From Octopus bimaculoides (lineage: Eukaryota), in contig NC_069004.1 of assembly GCF_001194135.2 (NCBI RefSeq), positions 33,546,898 to 33,610,897 of the forward strand: a DNA stretch of 64,000 nucleotides, written 5' to 3'. The translations under genes and the position numbers were made by a program. A model generated the notes under the pieces. The model was not told the origin of the DNA. It did no database searches and was given only the letters and a program-made list of their open reading frames with translations. The number at the start of each line of letters is the position of its first letter. The first letter of the stretch is position 1. Positions 1 to 12,023 of this stretch are shown one piece after another.

Positions 1-36
1 TAATAATGATAATAATAATAATAATAATAATAATAG

Positions 37-400
37 TTTGGGATATGCTTGTCTAAACTGACAAGGAGATTGAGGTGGACCATCCAGACATAATAATAAC
101 AGATTGGAAAAGCTAAATTACTTGAAAACTGCTGGACATAATGATCCCTTTTGATGGAAATATTGTTTGGGGAGAATTGGAGAAACTATTGAAATACAAG
201 GATCGTGAAAATGAAATGTTTAAGTGGTGGGGTATGGAGATTAAAATAATACCAGAGGTAATTTGGAGCGTTAGGCTTGATAAAAAAAAAAGAAATATGG
301 AAAGAAGAAACACAGAAGCTATACCAGAGCTCATGACAGTATATTTATGTGACGCTGGGAAACTTTTCTTCAAAATTGCCAGAAATTTTCAATATAGATT
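37..400 (+). mobile_element. R4/Dong-clade non-LTR retrotransposon 3' fragment (restriction-like endonuclease domain), decayed
   Basis: One frame reads WDMLV*TDKEIEVDHPDIIITD...LLDIMIPFDGNI...ELEKLLKYKD, matching the RLE PD..D..E..K.KY motif; it abuts (TAA)n at 1-36. Confidence 0.7.
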
Positions 401-616
401 AGTAAATATTGCACAATTGAAAGGAATTGAAAGGAAATTTCTGACTCAGATTGTAACAAAAATGCTTGTATTTTAACTCCCAGAGAGTAATTAAAAGAAA
501 TTGAGATATTTAATGACAGTTGTAATTAATAATAAAAAAAATAATTATACATGTAACTGTAGCTGCAATTAAAGATATATTTTGCTGCAGCTTTTAATTA
601 AATATCCTTTATACAT

Positions 617-962
617 GGTGTGGCTGTGTGTTAAGAAGTTTGCTTCACAACCACATGGTTCTGAGTTCAGTCCTACTGTATGGTACCTTGGGTAAGTGTC
701 TTCTACTACAGCCTCTGGCTGACCAAAGATTTGTGAGTGGATTTGGTAGATGGAAACTGAAAGAAGCTCATCCTGTGTGTCTGTGTGTCTTTGTTAGTCT
801 TACACCAATGCTTGACAACCGGTGTTGGTGTGTTTATATCCTGGTAACTTAGCAGTTCAACGAAAGAGACTAATACACTAAATACCAGACTTAAAAAGTG
901 AAAAATAAGTGCTGGGGCCAATTCATTCGACTAGAAATCATTGAAGATGGTACCCCAGCATG
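617..962 (+). mobile_element. tRNA-derived SINE family A
   Basis: Head gtgttaagaagtttgcttcacaaccacatggttctgagttcag...; further copies at 14925-15090, 20750-21150, 23090-23280, 32640-32795, 42560-42940, 51000-51250, 58260-58600. Confidence 0.8.
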
Positions 963-1141
963 GCCACAGATACAAGAGAAAATGTAATCTCAGCTGTAAT
1001 TAAAAGAGGTTTTTACATATAGCAACTGATGTAATTAAAAATATTAAATGTAGAACCTTAGCTATAATTACAAAATAATATACTCTGATCTAATTAAAAA
1101 TTTATGCTTGTAATCATTGATGTAATTAAAAGCAGTTTATG

Positions 1142-1305
1142 TACGAGGGGGTACCCCCCCCCCCACAAACTGGAAGTTTGCAATATTATTTTATTCACTT
1201 AGTTTTACATGTTTACACTTAGTTTTTTCCTTCTCAGTCTTCTCCATTTGAAGCAATGCCTTGGCTCAGGAGCGTTTCCCACTGTTCAAAGCAGTCCTGG
1301 AACTC
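1142..1305 (-). mobile_element. mariner transposase C-terminal fragment and TIR
   Basis: FQDCFEQWETLLSQGIASNGED*EG resembles the mariner end F..CF..W..RW.KC...GEYFEG; TACGAGGG TIR start at 1142. Confidence 0.6.
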
Positions 1306-1808
1306 TTGTGAAGTGATGCTTGTGTTTTGATCGTGGTAGCATCCTTGTAAGTTGCAAGGCTAAAAAAGAAAAAAAAGCCCTGAAGGCAGTGCTCCAGCGT
1401 GGTCGTAGTTAAATGACTGAAACAAGTAAAAGGAAAGAATATACATGTGCTTGAATGTATGCATGAGTGTAACACACTCCAGAGCCAAAGATCTTTCCTC
1501 TACCTCTCTGTCTCTATCTCTCCCCTCTCTCTATCTATCTATCAATCCCTTTCTCTCTTTCTATCTATCTGTCTGTCTGTCTATCTATCTCTCTCTCTCT
1601 ATTAATCTACCTATCAATCCCTTTCTCTCTCTATCTATCTATCAATCCCTTTCTCTCTCTATCTCTCTATCAATCCCTTTCTCTCTCTCTCCGTCTGTCT
1701 ATCTGTTTCTCTTTCTGTCTGTCTGTCTGTTTGTCTATCTGTCTCTCTCTCTCTCTCTATCAATCTACCTATCTCTCTGTCTGTCTCTCTATCTATTTTT
1801 TGTTGTAG

Positions 1809-1974
1809 TGTTGGCGAGTTCCAGGATAAGTTATATAGTTGCCGGTCGGAAGGTGGCCGAGTGTGAACAGCCATACATTGTCCATTTGCTGATTACAAAG
1901 ACCAGCAACGAGAACTTCAACTGTGCTGGGACGATCGTGGATAACAGCCACATAATCACAGCGGCTCATTGTAT
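1809..1974 (+). CDS. S1 peptidase exon: propeptide, IVAG N-terminus, His57
   Basis: tgttgtag| ... |gtgagt; LASSRISYIVAG...NCAGTIVDNSHIITAAHC. Confidence 0.92.
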
Positions 1975-3609
1975 GTGAGTAATGAATTTTGTTAATCTCT
2001 ACAAACAACTCTGGTGTCAGGTAAAAAGCACCTGTGCTCAGTGCCGCATAAAAGCACCTGGCCTGGTGTCAGGTACAAAAGCACCCGTGTCCGGTGCCAC
2101 ATAAAAAGCACTTGAACTGGTGACATGTAAAATGCATTTGTGTTGGTTCTGCACATAAAGCACCCATGCTGGTACTGGTTCCACATACAAATGCACCCAG
2201 TACACTGTGTAAAGTGGTTGGCATTTGGAAGGGCATCCAGTTGTAGAAACCATGCCAAAAACAAACGATTGGAGTCGTATGTAGTGAAAATGAGTTGTAC
2301 CTGTAATTCAATGGGCCATCCTTATATCACATTCTCAGTCATGCTGAAGAATCTGCCCGGGAACTACTTTAATGGCAGGTATGTCTGTGGAGTACTCAGC
2401 CACTTGCATGTTAATTTCACAAGCAGGCTGTTCCGTAGATTGGATCAACTGGAACCCTCAGTGTTGTAACCGACAGAGCGGCAGTTGACCAGCTCCAGTT
2501 CAACCATGCAACGAATGCCAGCATGGAAGACGGACGTTAAAAGATGGTGATGATGATGATGGTGGTGATGGTGATGATGATGATGGTGGTGATGGTGATG
2601 ATGATGATTTGTACTCCATTTCAGCTCCAGTGATGTGAAATATGTCTACATTCTGTATGGTTCAGTTTCAAAGTCGAAGTTTACGTCTATCGTCCGCGTT
2701 TCCAACTACACTGTACACAAGATGTTCGAGAAAACGGACGACAACATCTGTGAGTATTTAATGGGGATATTTCTCACTGGTTCCTTCATCCTTTGGGCAC
2801 TGATTCCCAGGTGGGGGGGGGGGGTAAGGAAAGAGTGAGAGTGTGTGAGTGAAAGAGAGAGAGAGGCAGAGAAAGGAGGAGGGGCTGAGAGAGTTACATA
2901 GATATAAAGAGGTTGATATAGAGTGAATGATTTAGAGAGAGGGAAAGAAAGTGAAGATAGATAGATAGATAAAGATAGACAGACAGAGACACAGATAGAT
3001 ACAGCAAAACTTAACAGGTGTTCAACGCCAATTAGAAAACCATTAAAAGATCAATATTTAACAAAAAACTATTTTAGTTCCTAAACAATGGCATTCACTC
3101 CTTTAGAATGGAACGGCTGCCAGAAAAACATATTTAGAAATCAAGAAATGATAAAAGAAAATCAAAAAAGTAATCCAAGGCTAGGCATAACCATTGATTG
3201 AGAAATTTCCTTCATAAGCATGTTGTTCTGGATTCGGTGTCATTATGTGGCACCCAGATGTCTACTACACCAGTCTCTGGTGCACCTGTACCTTATCAAC
3301 GGAATTTGGTTGATGGAAACTGTGTGGAAGCCTTGTGTTTGTTAATGTACGTATGAATGTGTTTGTGAATTGGCCTGTCTCATGGGTCACACACACCTTT
3401 TATTTGTTTCAATCATTAGACTGTGGCCATGCTGGGGCACCACCTCGAAGAATTTGTAGCCTAATAAATGGACCCCTGTGCCCCCCCCCCTTTTTTACAG
3501 CTTATTTTATTAGTTGCTTTTATATATATATATATATATATCTACTCTCTCCCAACACTGACATATATTTCCTGCATATGTATATCTGTCTATCTATCAA
3601 TCTATGTAT

Positions 3610-3672
<63 letters not shown>

Positions 3673-6157
3673 GTATGTATGTATTATTTTACCGTTGTCT
3701 TTATTTCAGTGAATGATGTTGCCCTCCTGACCCTCAGCACACCACTGCAGTTCAATAAATGCCTGCAGCCCGTTCAGTTGGCCACAGCTTGTGAGAAATA
3801 TCAGGGAGACTGTCTCATCTCAGGATGGGGGAAAACAAGCAGTAAGACCTTTACACCAACCACTCTCTCTCTCCATTTTTAATTACACTTTCTTTGTCAC
3901 TGTTTCTCATCCTTTATCTCTAAGATGTGCACACACACACACACATATATATGCATACTCATATCTTTACTTACTTATATCCTCACACAGGCACGCACAG
4001 AGACATATGCACATACATACATACTCATATACACTCACAAACAGCTGTAGAAACATTGCCAGATCAGATTGGAGCCTGGTGCAGTCTTTATAAGTAATAT
4101 TCTAAAAGAATATATAATTGAACTTATGTTGAGTGCTCAATTATCTTGAGCAAATAAATGTGTATATACGTGATTTTATATTATTAATTCATCAATAATA
4201 TATTTAGGAAATCAATATTTAGTATTTCAAAAGATATATATCCAACATAACATGGTAGCATAATAAATTTAAAAGTTTAAAACATAAAAATAAAAATACG
4301 GAATATAAATATCGATACATATAAAAATCTAAAAATAGATAAATATATGTTTAAATATATATGCGTATAGGTTTACAGTTATCAGGTAGGCACTTTAAAT
4401 TTCTTTTAAAACATTTTATTACATTTAATTTCTTACAAATTGGAAAGTGAGCTTGACAAAATTAGCATAGAATAAGGGTTTCATATTTTTTTATAATTAA
4501 GATCTAAACTGTTAATATATGAATGCAGAAGAGATATTTGAATAACTGTAAACCTACTTTTGGGCCACTCTGTGTATATATACATATATATAAAAAACCC
4601 ATTTCTTTCCTTTTCAAAGCTTTAGGTGAAGAGCCAGACACTCTACAGACAGCAGAAGTATCGCTGATGGACCAAGGCAAATGTGCAGCTCATTTGGCAA
4701 TCAAGGAACAGCAGATATGTGTTGGTACAGGGAAAGTCAACAGTGAAGCTATTTGTCGGGTAGGACACGAGAACTTATTCATGCATTTTATATTGTAAAT
4801 AACAGGGTCCTTACTCATAGGTTTCCAGAGCATGTCTAAGAGTGAGGATGACAAAACAGTGTCTGTCCCTTGATGTAGAACAAAATACCAGAAGCAGCAT
4901 TTCTCAGCTTCAGCCCTTAACAGTCTTGCATCTATAAATATAAATTTTTCTTTCGGGTGCAGCCCCCTAGAAAAAATTCAGCCTGGATATCAAATAGGCT
5001 CAGAGCCACTGATTTAAAGAGACTTTGTTGAGAATAAAAATCCCGTTTTGTTGGTTTGCCTGTTAAGGATATATACTTTGTTGGATACTTTGCTGTACAC
5101 TGATGTATATTTATATATATATCACACATACATATATATATATACACCGTAACGTTTTGATATTTTGTGTTTGTTCTATGTAGAACAAATGTTACATTTT
5201 AACCCCAAGAAAACATCTTTTCTGCTGGTTTCAAAATTTTATGGTTTAGTACTGTTACTACATAGATCTCTTTCAGAGATTTTAAACCTGGCTCTTTTAT
5301 CTTTATATATATATAATTAGCACATGAAAACACATTCGAGCAAGGTCGTTGCCAGTGCAGGTGGCATGTAAAAACACCATTTTGAGCGTGACCGTTGCCA
5401 GTACCTCCTGACTGGTCTTCGTGCTGGTGGCATATTACTCTACATCTGGTATTTGAGTACTATTATTTTTCTACCTTCTTTCACATTTACATGCTTACTC
5501 CGGTGTGCAGGTTCAGAAGAAGGAGTAAATAGATTACATCAACCCCAGTACACAACTGGTATTTTATTTTATCGATTCCAAAAGAACGAGAGGCAAAGTT
5601 GACCTTGGCAGAATTTAAACTTAGAATGTAAAAACAGACAAAATGTCTCTAAGCCTTACCATAACTTTTTAAATATTGTTGCTTATTAGAAAGTTACTAT
5701 TTTTAAATTTCAGAACATGAGATATTCAGCAGTAAAGATTGTTTGACCAACATAACATGGCAGTCCTGGTTTAGGATGAATGTTGCTGTAATTTAGCCCC
5801 AGGAGACATCATCTCCAGCTGGCTATAAGGACATAGATCGTATCATATAGCCAGCTGGAGACAATATCTCCTGGGGCTAAATTACAGCAACATCTGTCCT
5901 AAACCAGGACTGCAATGTTATGTTGGCAAACAATCTTTGCTCCATTGGTGCTTATGTATTAACCTTTTTTCTTGTGTTCTTCTATTCCACAGGGAGACTC
6001 TGGAGGTCCGCTAGTTTGTACAAGTGCCAAAGACGGCAGCAGGGTCCTTGTGGGTGTTGCATCTTTTGGCTGGACCTGTACCGAAGGGGTATCAGTTTTC
6101 GCACGAGTCTCATATTTCAAAGACTGGATTAAAACCAATCTGAGATCTTGGAATTAA
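1809..6157 (+). CDS. S1 family serine peptidase (chymotrypsin-like), 5'-partial; exons 1809-1974, 2631(or 2625)-2749, 3710-3841, 4620(or 4626)-4759, 5993-6157
   Basis: All introns are GT-AG and phase-compatible. Mature N-terminus IVAG; catalytic His in ITAAHC, Asp in NDVALL, Ser in CRGDSGGP; ends WIKTNLRSWN*. The signal-peptide exon (phase 1) was not found. Confidence 0.92.
2631..2749 (+). CDS. S1 peptidase exon
   Basis: ctccag| ... |gtgagt; DVKYVYILYGSVSKSKF...TVHKMFEKTDDNI; phases 2 and 1 fit the neighbouring exons. Confidence 0.85.
3710..3841 (+). CDS. S1 peptidase exon with Asp102
   Basis: atttcag| ... |gtaaga; NDVALLTLSTPLQFNKCLQPV...CLISGWGKTS. Confidence 0.92.
4620..4759 (+). CDS. 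S1 peptidase exon
   Basis: ttcaaag| or ctttag| ... |gtagga; GEEPDTLQTAEVSLMDQGKC...QICVG...AICR. Confidence 0.88.
5731..5940. mobile_element. Palindromic MITE
   Basis: About 95-bp inverted arms, 18-nt loop; arm fragment also near 17069. Confidence 0.75.
5993..6157 (+). CDS. S1 peptidase last exon with Ser195
   Basis: ttccacag|GDSGGPLVC...VGVASFGWTC...VFARVSYFKDWI...TAA. Confidence 0.93.
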   Translation, partial: GDSGGPLVCTSAKDGSRVLVGVASFGWTCTEGVSVFARVSYFKDWIKTNLRSWN

Positions 6158-7279
6158 GTTGGATTTCAAACCAGTTTGAACTACTTCTTTCATTTTGGAC
6201 AACAACAACAACAACGGTTTCAAATTTTGCCACAAGAGTAGCCATTTTGGAAGAGGGAATGAGTCAATTACATTGACCCTGGAAGGATGAAAGGCAAAGT
6301 CGACCTCGGCGGAATTTGAACCTAGAACATTGCGATGGGCGAAATACTACTAAGCATTTTGTCCAGTGTGCTAACGATTCTGCCAGCTCACCACCTTAAA
6401 ATAAGTACCAGTTGAACACTGGGGGTTGGTGTGATCAACTCCTCCCCTCCCCTCCTCACAAAATTGCTGCCCTTGTGGCGAAAAATTTGAAACCAGTAAT
6501 AATTAATAAATATTGCAATGATGGCCCCTTTTTTTCTTAATAAAATGATACATCTGCACACATAAATCTGTCTCCAGTTTATTTCTTCATAAGGAATTAA
6601 GATGGCATTGCTTTCAGTACTTCCTACCTCCATGTTTTTACTTTACATACCACTAAAAGAAAATAATTGTATCTCCACTTTAGAGACACCAGATGTCAAA
6701 TTTTTTTTTTATTTCTCCACTTTAGAGACATCAGATCTTTGATTTTGAGAGAAAAATTTTTGAAAAGCTGATGTCTCTAAAGTGCCAAAACTTGGAAAAG
6801 TTGTTAAGAGGGGGGTGGGGGTGGGGTGTAACTCTTATCAGTATAAATTCAACATGACCCTAAGCATGCCTCACCAAAGTATTACCATGCCCCACGTTGG
6901 GAATCACAGTGAGCAATTTTGTGGGGAGATGCAGTTGATTACGTTGACTCTAGTACTTGATGGGTACTTTATCAGCCCCTGAAAGGTGAAAAGCAAATTT
7001 GACCGTGGCAAGATTTGAACTCAGAATATAAACAACTAGAAAAAAATGCTACAAAGTATTTTATTCAAAGTTCTAATAATTTTGACAGCTTGATACCTTA
7101 ATAATAATAATAATCATCCTTCCTGTTCTGGGGGAGAAGGCCCCTCAGCGGAATTTGAACTCAGAACGATTCTGCCAGCTGGCTGTCTTCTAAATAATTG
7201 CCCATGGGCATATGGCGTAGTGGTTAAGATTCCAAGTTCGATTCCAGGCAGTGACATGAATAATAATAATAATAATAAC

Positions 7280-7420
7280 ATTGAAAAAATACCTTAGAAA
7301 TGAGAACCCAGGTTCGAAATTTCCCCAAGACACCCGAAGAAGGCTGGAGGGTACATCAGCCGAAATGTTGTGTTAACAACAAACAAGATGGGGACAAATA
7401 TCCATCAAATGTAAATAATA
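7280..7420 (+). mobile_element. Penelope-like element terminal fragment
   Basis: Carries a PLE-type hammerhead; homologous to 13296-13500. Confidence 0.55.
7329..7374 (+). ncRNA. Degenerate copy of the 13344 hammerhead
   Basis: GACAC-CCGAAGA-A-GGCUG...CAGCC-GAAAU-GUU-GUGUU; core U4 is changed to C. Confidence 0.5.
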
Positions 7421-9669
7421 GGCCTGTAAAAGCACAATGCCTGAAATTTTAGGGAAGTGGGGACAGCTAGTTGAAAACAATGGCCCCCAGTGCATAACTG
7501 GTACTTATTTTATGGACCCTGAAAGGCAAAGTTGATCTTGGTGGCATTTGAACCGTGAATGTAAAGACAGATGAAATGCTGCTAAGCATTTTACCAGTTC
7601 ACCATCTTAATAAGTAAGAATGGTTTCAAATTTTAGAACAAGGCCAGCAATTTTGACTCCAAAAAGTATAAAAGTCAACCTTGGTGGAATTTGAACTTGG
7701 AATGAAAGGAAATGAAATGCCACGAAGCATTTTACCTGTTGTGCTAATGATTCTACCAGCTTGCTGACTTCCGAAAAACACCTACAATTTTCAATGGAAG
7801 ACAATTTAGAACCATGGGAACACAAGGTACAAAATATTCAGTGGACAACAGGTACATGCACAAAAAGCCCATCAAATGTATTCCATCCCACCTTCAGCTG
7901 CTTATCGGATATCATTATGATAGCTGAATGATAACCATTCAACCTGGGAGAGTCAAAACTGCCTGGAAATGAACAAAGTTGGTTCAAATATTAGTACAAA
8001 GTCCATTGTGTTTTACATCTAGTTACTGTTACAAAACATAAATAATATAAAATTGATTAAAATAAACCATAATGAAAATATTCATTATATAAACAACCTG
8101 GGACCCATATGTAGCAAAGACTTGTCCCTTCATTTAATTGCTGTTTGTAATCTACAAATGAAGGTTCAGAATTGTGTAATAGGATAAACAAGTGTCAAAG
8201 TCATTCGTTTACAATTTTCCATAAAAACATGTCTTGCTACAGGGAAGTATAACCTTGCAGGGAAGCTGGAGGTGGTTGGCAACAGGAAGGACACCTGTGG
8301 GGAAATTTGCTTTAACAAATTCCAAATTCCACCTGACTCAAGCAAGAACGGAAAAGACATTGAAGCGGCAACGAACGATTGTTTATTTCTTGCAAAGTCA
8401 GCAAGAGAGTCATTAAAAAAAGAGATGTCAGGTTAAAAAAAAAACCTTTATTTGTCTTCAATTAGATAAAAACAGCAATAGTTACTTATACATGAAAATA
8501 TTAAATTAACCGAATCCCCCAATTAGGGATGATAATGGTGTCAGTGATGTGGAGTGGCAGTTTTGATGAAAGTGAAGTCAAACGAGCAAGTAATAGATAA
8601 ATAATTAGATATAAAGCTGGATACACACACACACATATATATAACTCGATATACAGCTACATGCACACACACACTCTCTCACAACTTGATATATTAGCAC
8701 ACATACATATTTAAGAAATTTTCCAAGAGCTCTAAGGCTCATAAATGCCAGTTTCAATGACATATAACTGAGATCACAATACTGCTCTCTGAAAGGCCCG
8801 CCAGTCCATTGCAGGGTTGAAGGCGAGACTGGACTTTATCTAGCCCAAAGGGATGAAAGGCAGATTTCACCATAGCCATGTTTTAACTAAGAATGTTAAC
8901 AACCAGGATTAACACCATCTTGTTTGACATGTTAATGATTCTGCCATCTTGCAGCCATATATATGTATATATATAAATAAATGTAGATGTATTTTATTTT
9001 TAGAAGGAAAAGCTTGACAGTGACAATAACTACAAGATCTGGCATAGATCTCTTCACCAGGTCATAAAATACTTTTGATTTTCCAAGTTGCATATACATG
9101 TTTTAGTTCATCTGATGGGTGGAGCAATGTAGTTGCAAAATAGCCAGAGAAAGGCAACTTGGAGTCACTGCTAATGTTTTCCATGTAAAAATAAAATACA
9201 TGACACTCTTCTTACACATGCATACACACACACACATCTTCATATAGCATCCAATTTTCCATTTTTGCATGAATTAGATGGAATATATTAAAGTAAATTT
9301 TCTACAACCTGGGGCCCTTGTTCTCATCAACCCTTACCTGTTTTCAGGCAAGATGATATTTTCCACAAAACACTGCATATAGACATCAAATATATATATA
9401 AATAGATAGATAGTGATATATAAATATTATACATACAGACATGTATACAATATACGTAGACCTTCATATATAGACATACAATACACACACACACACACAA
9501 TACATACAGCCATAGTTAAAAATAAGCACCTCCACCCAACAAAGCCAGCATCCAAAGATAAGTTACAGGGTAGTTGCTATTTCGTGCCTAAATATGTATA
9601 TATATTACTTATGAGAGAAAGGAAAAAATTCATTTGTAAAAAATAAAATAAAAAGNNNNNNNNNNATAC

Positions 9670-9706
<37 letters not shown>

Positions 9707-9729
9707 CATACATATATATATATATATAT

Positions 9730-9784
<55 letters not shown>

Positions 9785-10286
9785 ATACATACAGCCATAG
9801 TTAAAAATAAGCACCTCCACCCAACAAAGCCAGCATCCAAAGATAAGTTACAGGGTAGTTGCTATTTCGTGCCTAAATATGTATATATATTACTTATGAG
9901 AGAAAGGAAAAAATTCATTTGTAAAAAATAAAATAAAAAGCAAATCAACAGCAACAACAGAGACAAACAGAGCAGAGTTGATCAGGACATGTTTGACAAA
10001 CAAAGCCGGAAACTGATTAACTCTTCTGGTATTACCATGGTAACAAAGAATCCTGATGCTGCAAGGTGGTCGATGACAACGGTGATGAAAGAATGAAGTA
10101 AAAAGGGAAATGGTTGCCACATGGTGCCATTTAAGTGTGGATGAGGAGGTGGGGCAGTTTGAGAGGTCATGCATGAGGTCAGTTGCAGTGGTTCGGAGAT
10201 GAAAGGTCAACAATGGAACATTAGGTACGAGATGTCAGCAAGGGCAGGTCAGGTATGAGAGGTCCACAAAACAGATGAGTGACTGG

Positions 10287-10592
10287 TCATCCATTGGACA
10301 CCTCGGAGAAGCTGCCACTGGTGTCTCCCTCACTTGAAGACAAATTGCCATGTAGTTCTATGGAATCGGTCTGCACTTGGCTGCTGCTGTTAGAGGTGAT
10401 GGTGGTGCCCCTGGACAATGTGATGTCCCCATTGCTGGAGAGCTGGTTCACGTTATTCCCCTCTTCACTGACATTAGCACCCCTACCATCACGGTTGCCG
10501 ATGCCATCCATATTACTGCTTCCTCGGACGATTCCCAGCTTCTTTTCAATCAATGTCAGACGTTCGTTGAGGCTTATCAGGATACACTTGAT
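10287..10592 (-). CDS. MIS18A: Mis18 last exon: coiled coil plus S/N/G-rich tail
   Basis: (ct)n-acag|IKCILISLNERLTLIEKKLG...SEVSNG*. Confidence 0.82.
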   Translation of the reverse strand: MKCILISLNERLTLIEKKLGIVRGSSNMDGIGNRDGRGANVSEEGNNVNQLSSNGDITLSRGTTITSNSSSQVQTDSIELHGNLSSSEGDTSGSFSEVSNG

Positions 10593-10779
10593 CTGTAGAG
10601 AGAGAGAGAGTGAGGTAAAGACATGGTATTGGAAGACAAGTATCACTGTTATTATCGATTACCTACAGAGTATCCTAAACCACAAAATCTGTTGTTATCC
10701 ATATTAATACAACAGGATATTTACCTGCAATTTCTAGCAGGCTAACAATAGATGACCCTACCCTCTAGTAGGTAGCAAA

Positions 10780-10813
<34 letters not shown>

Positions 10814-11962
10814 ATAACAATAATCCTTGGATGGAATTTTTAAACCTTTAATGCATTGCTACGTGCGTTTCTACAAAAAATCACGTCCCTTAAGATTACA
10901 GTCCGTATTCCTAGGATGATTACAGTGTAGTCTGTAGTATCCGTGGCCATCCAGTTGAACATCTTCATGGATTCGTTTCTTCAGGTGATATAACATTAAT
11001 GGATGTTTAACAGACACTAAATGATGATGATAATAATATATATATATATATACATACACATACTATGGGCTTCTTTCAGTTTCCTTCTACCAAATCCATT
11101 CACAAGGCTTTGGTTGTCCCAAGGCCACGGTAGAAGATACTTGTCCAAGAAGTCACACTGAGGAAAGGATTGAACTTGAGAACAAATTGTTGAGAAGCTT
11201 TACAACCACAGAGCCACATCTGTGCCTTATATTTTACAAATATATCAGGGACAACAGCATTGTCTAATGTACCTGTACTTCTTTTCAGCTGCTATTTCTA
11301 GCAGATCAACTGGCCACTAATGTAGCAGATTGATAAATAATGTGTTGCAGATGCTGCAACAATGACAGGTGAATGAAAGAACCGGATCTTACCGGATCAA
11401 TGTATTCAAGCTGTGCTATGTCTTTGTAGGTACCTTCTTGTCCAGTCTGGTACCTGAAATAAAAAAAAAAAGTCACACATTTTAAACCATTGTTTGGTTA
11501 GCCACAAAGGGGAGAACATTTGATTAAAATAATAAACATTAATACACACACACACAATCGGTTTAATGTCCACGTTTCGATGCTTGCATGTGTAGGGATG
11601 GAATTTAATGAGGCAGGTTTTTTTTATGGCTGGATGCCCTTACTGTCTCCAAGTAAAGCAATATCTCCCTCCATGGCCAGACATGTCTCAGAAGGTTGGA
11701 AGCAAAGAAACCAGCTTGCATTTTGGTGTGACACTCACAAATATTCATCATCATCATCATCTAATATCCGTTTTTCATGCAGCCACGAATTGGGTGGTTT
11801 GACTGAGGACTGGTGAGCCAGAAGGCTGCACCAGGCCCCAATCTGATGTGGCAAGGTTTCTACAGCTGGATGCCCTTCCTAATGCCAACCACTCTACAAA
11901 TTGATAATATATGTAATAATAATATATATACATACAAGGCTTTCATGAGGCTTCAAAAAAAG

Positions 11963-12023
<61 letters not shown>

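Noticed and set aside
7206-7260. tRNA-like A and B boxes (also near 49840-49900)
   Set aside because: SINE heads; no cloverleaf.
9890-10213. Minus-strand 107-aa ORF after the Mis18 stop
   Set aside because: Runs into the duplicated contig end; most likely 3' UTR.
10725-10733. Possible 9-nt Mis18 microexon (KLQ)
   Set aside because: No polypyrimidine tract; part of the common gctatttctagcag repeat terminus.
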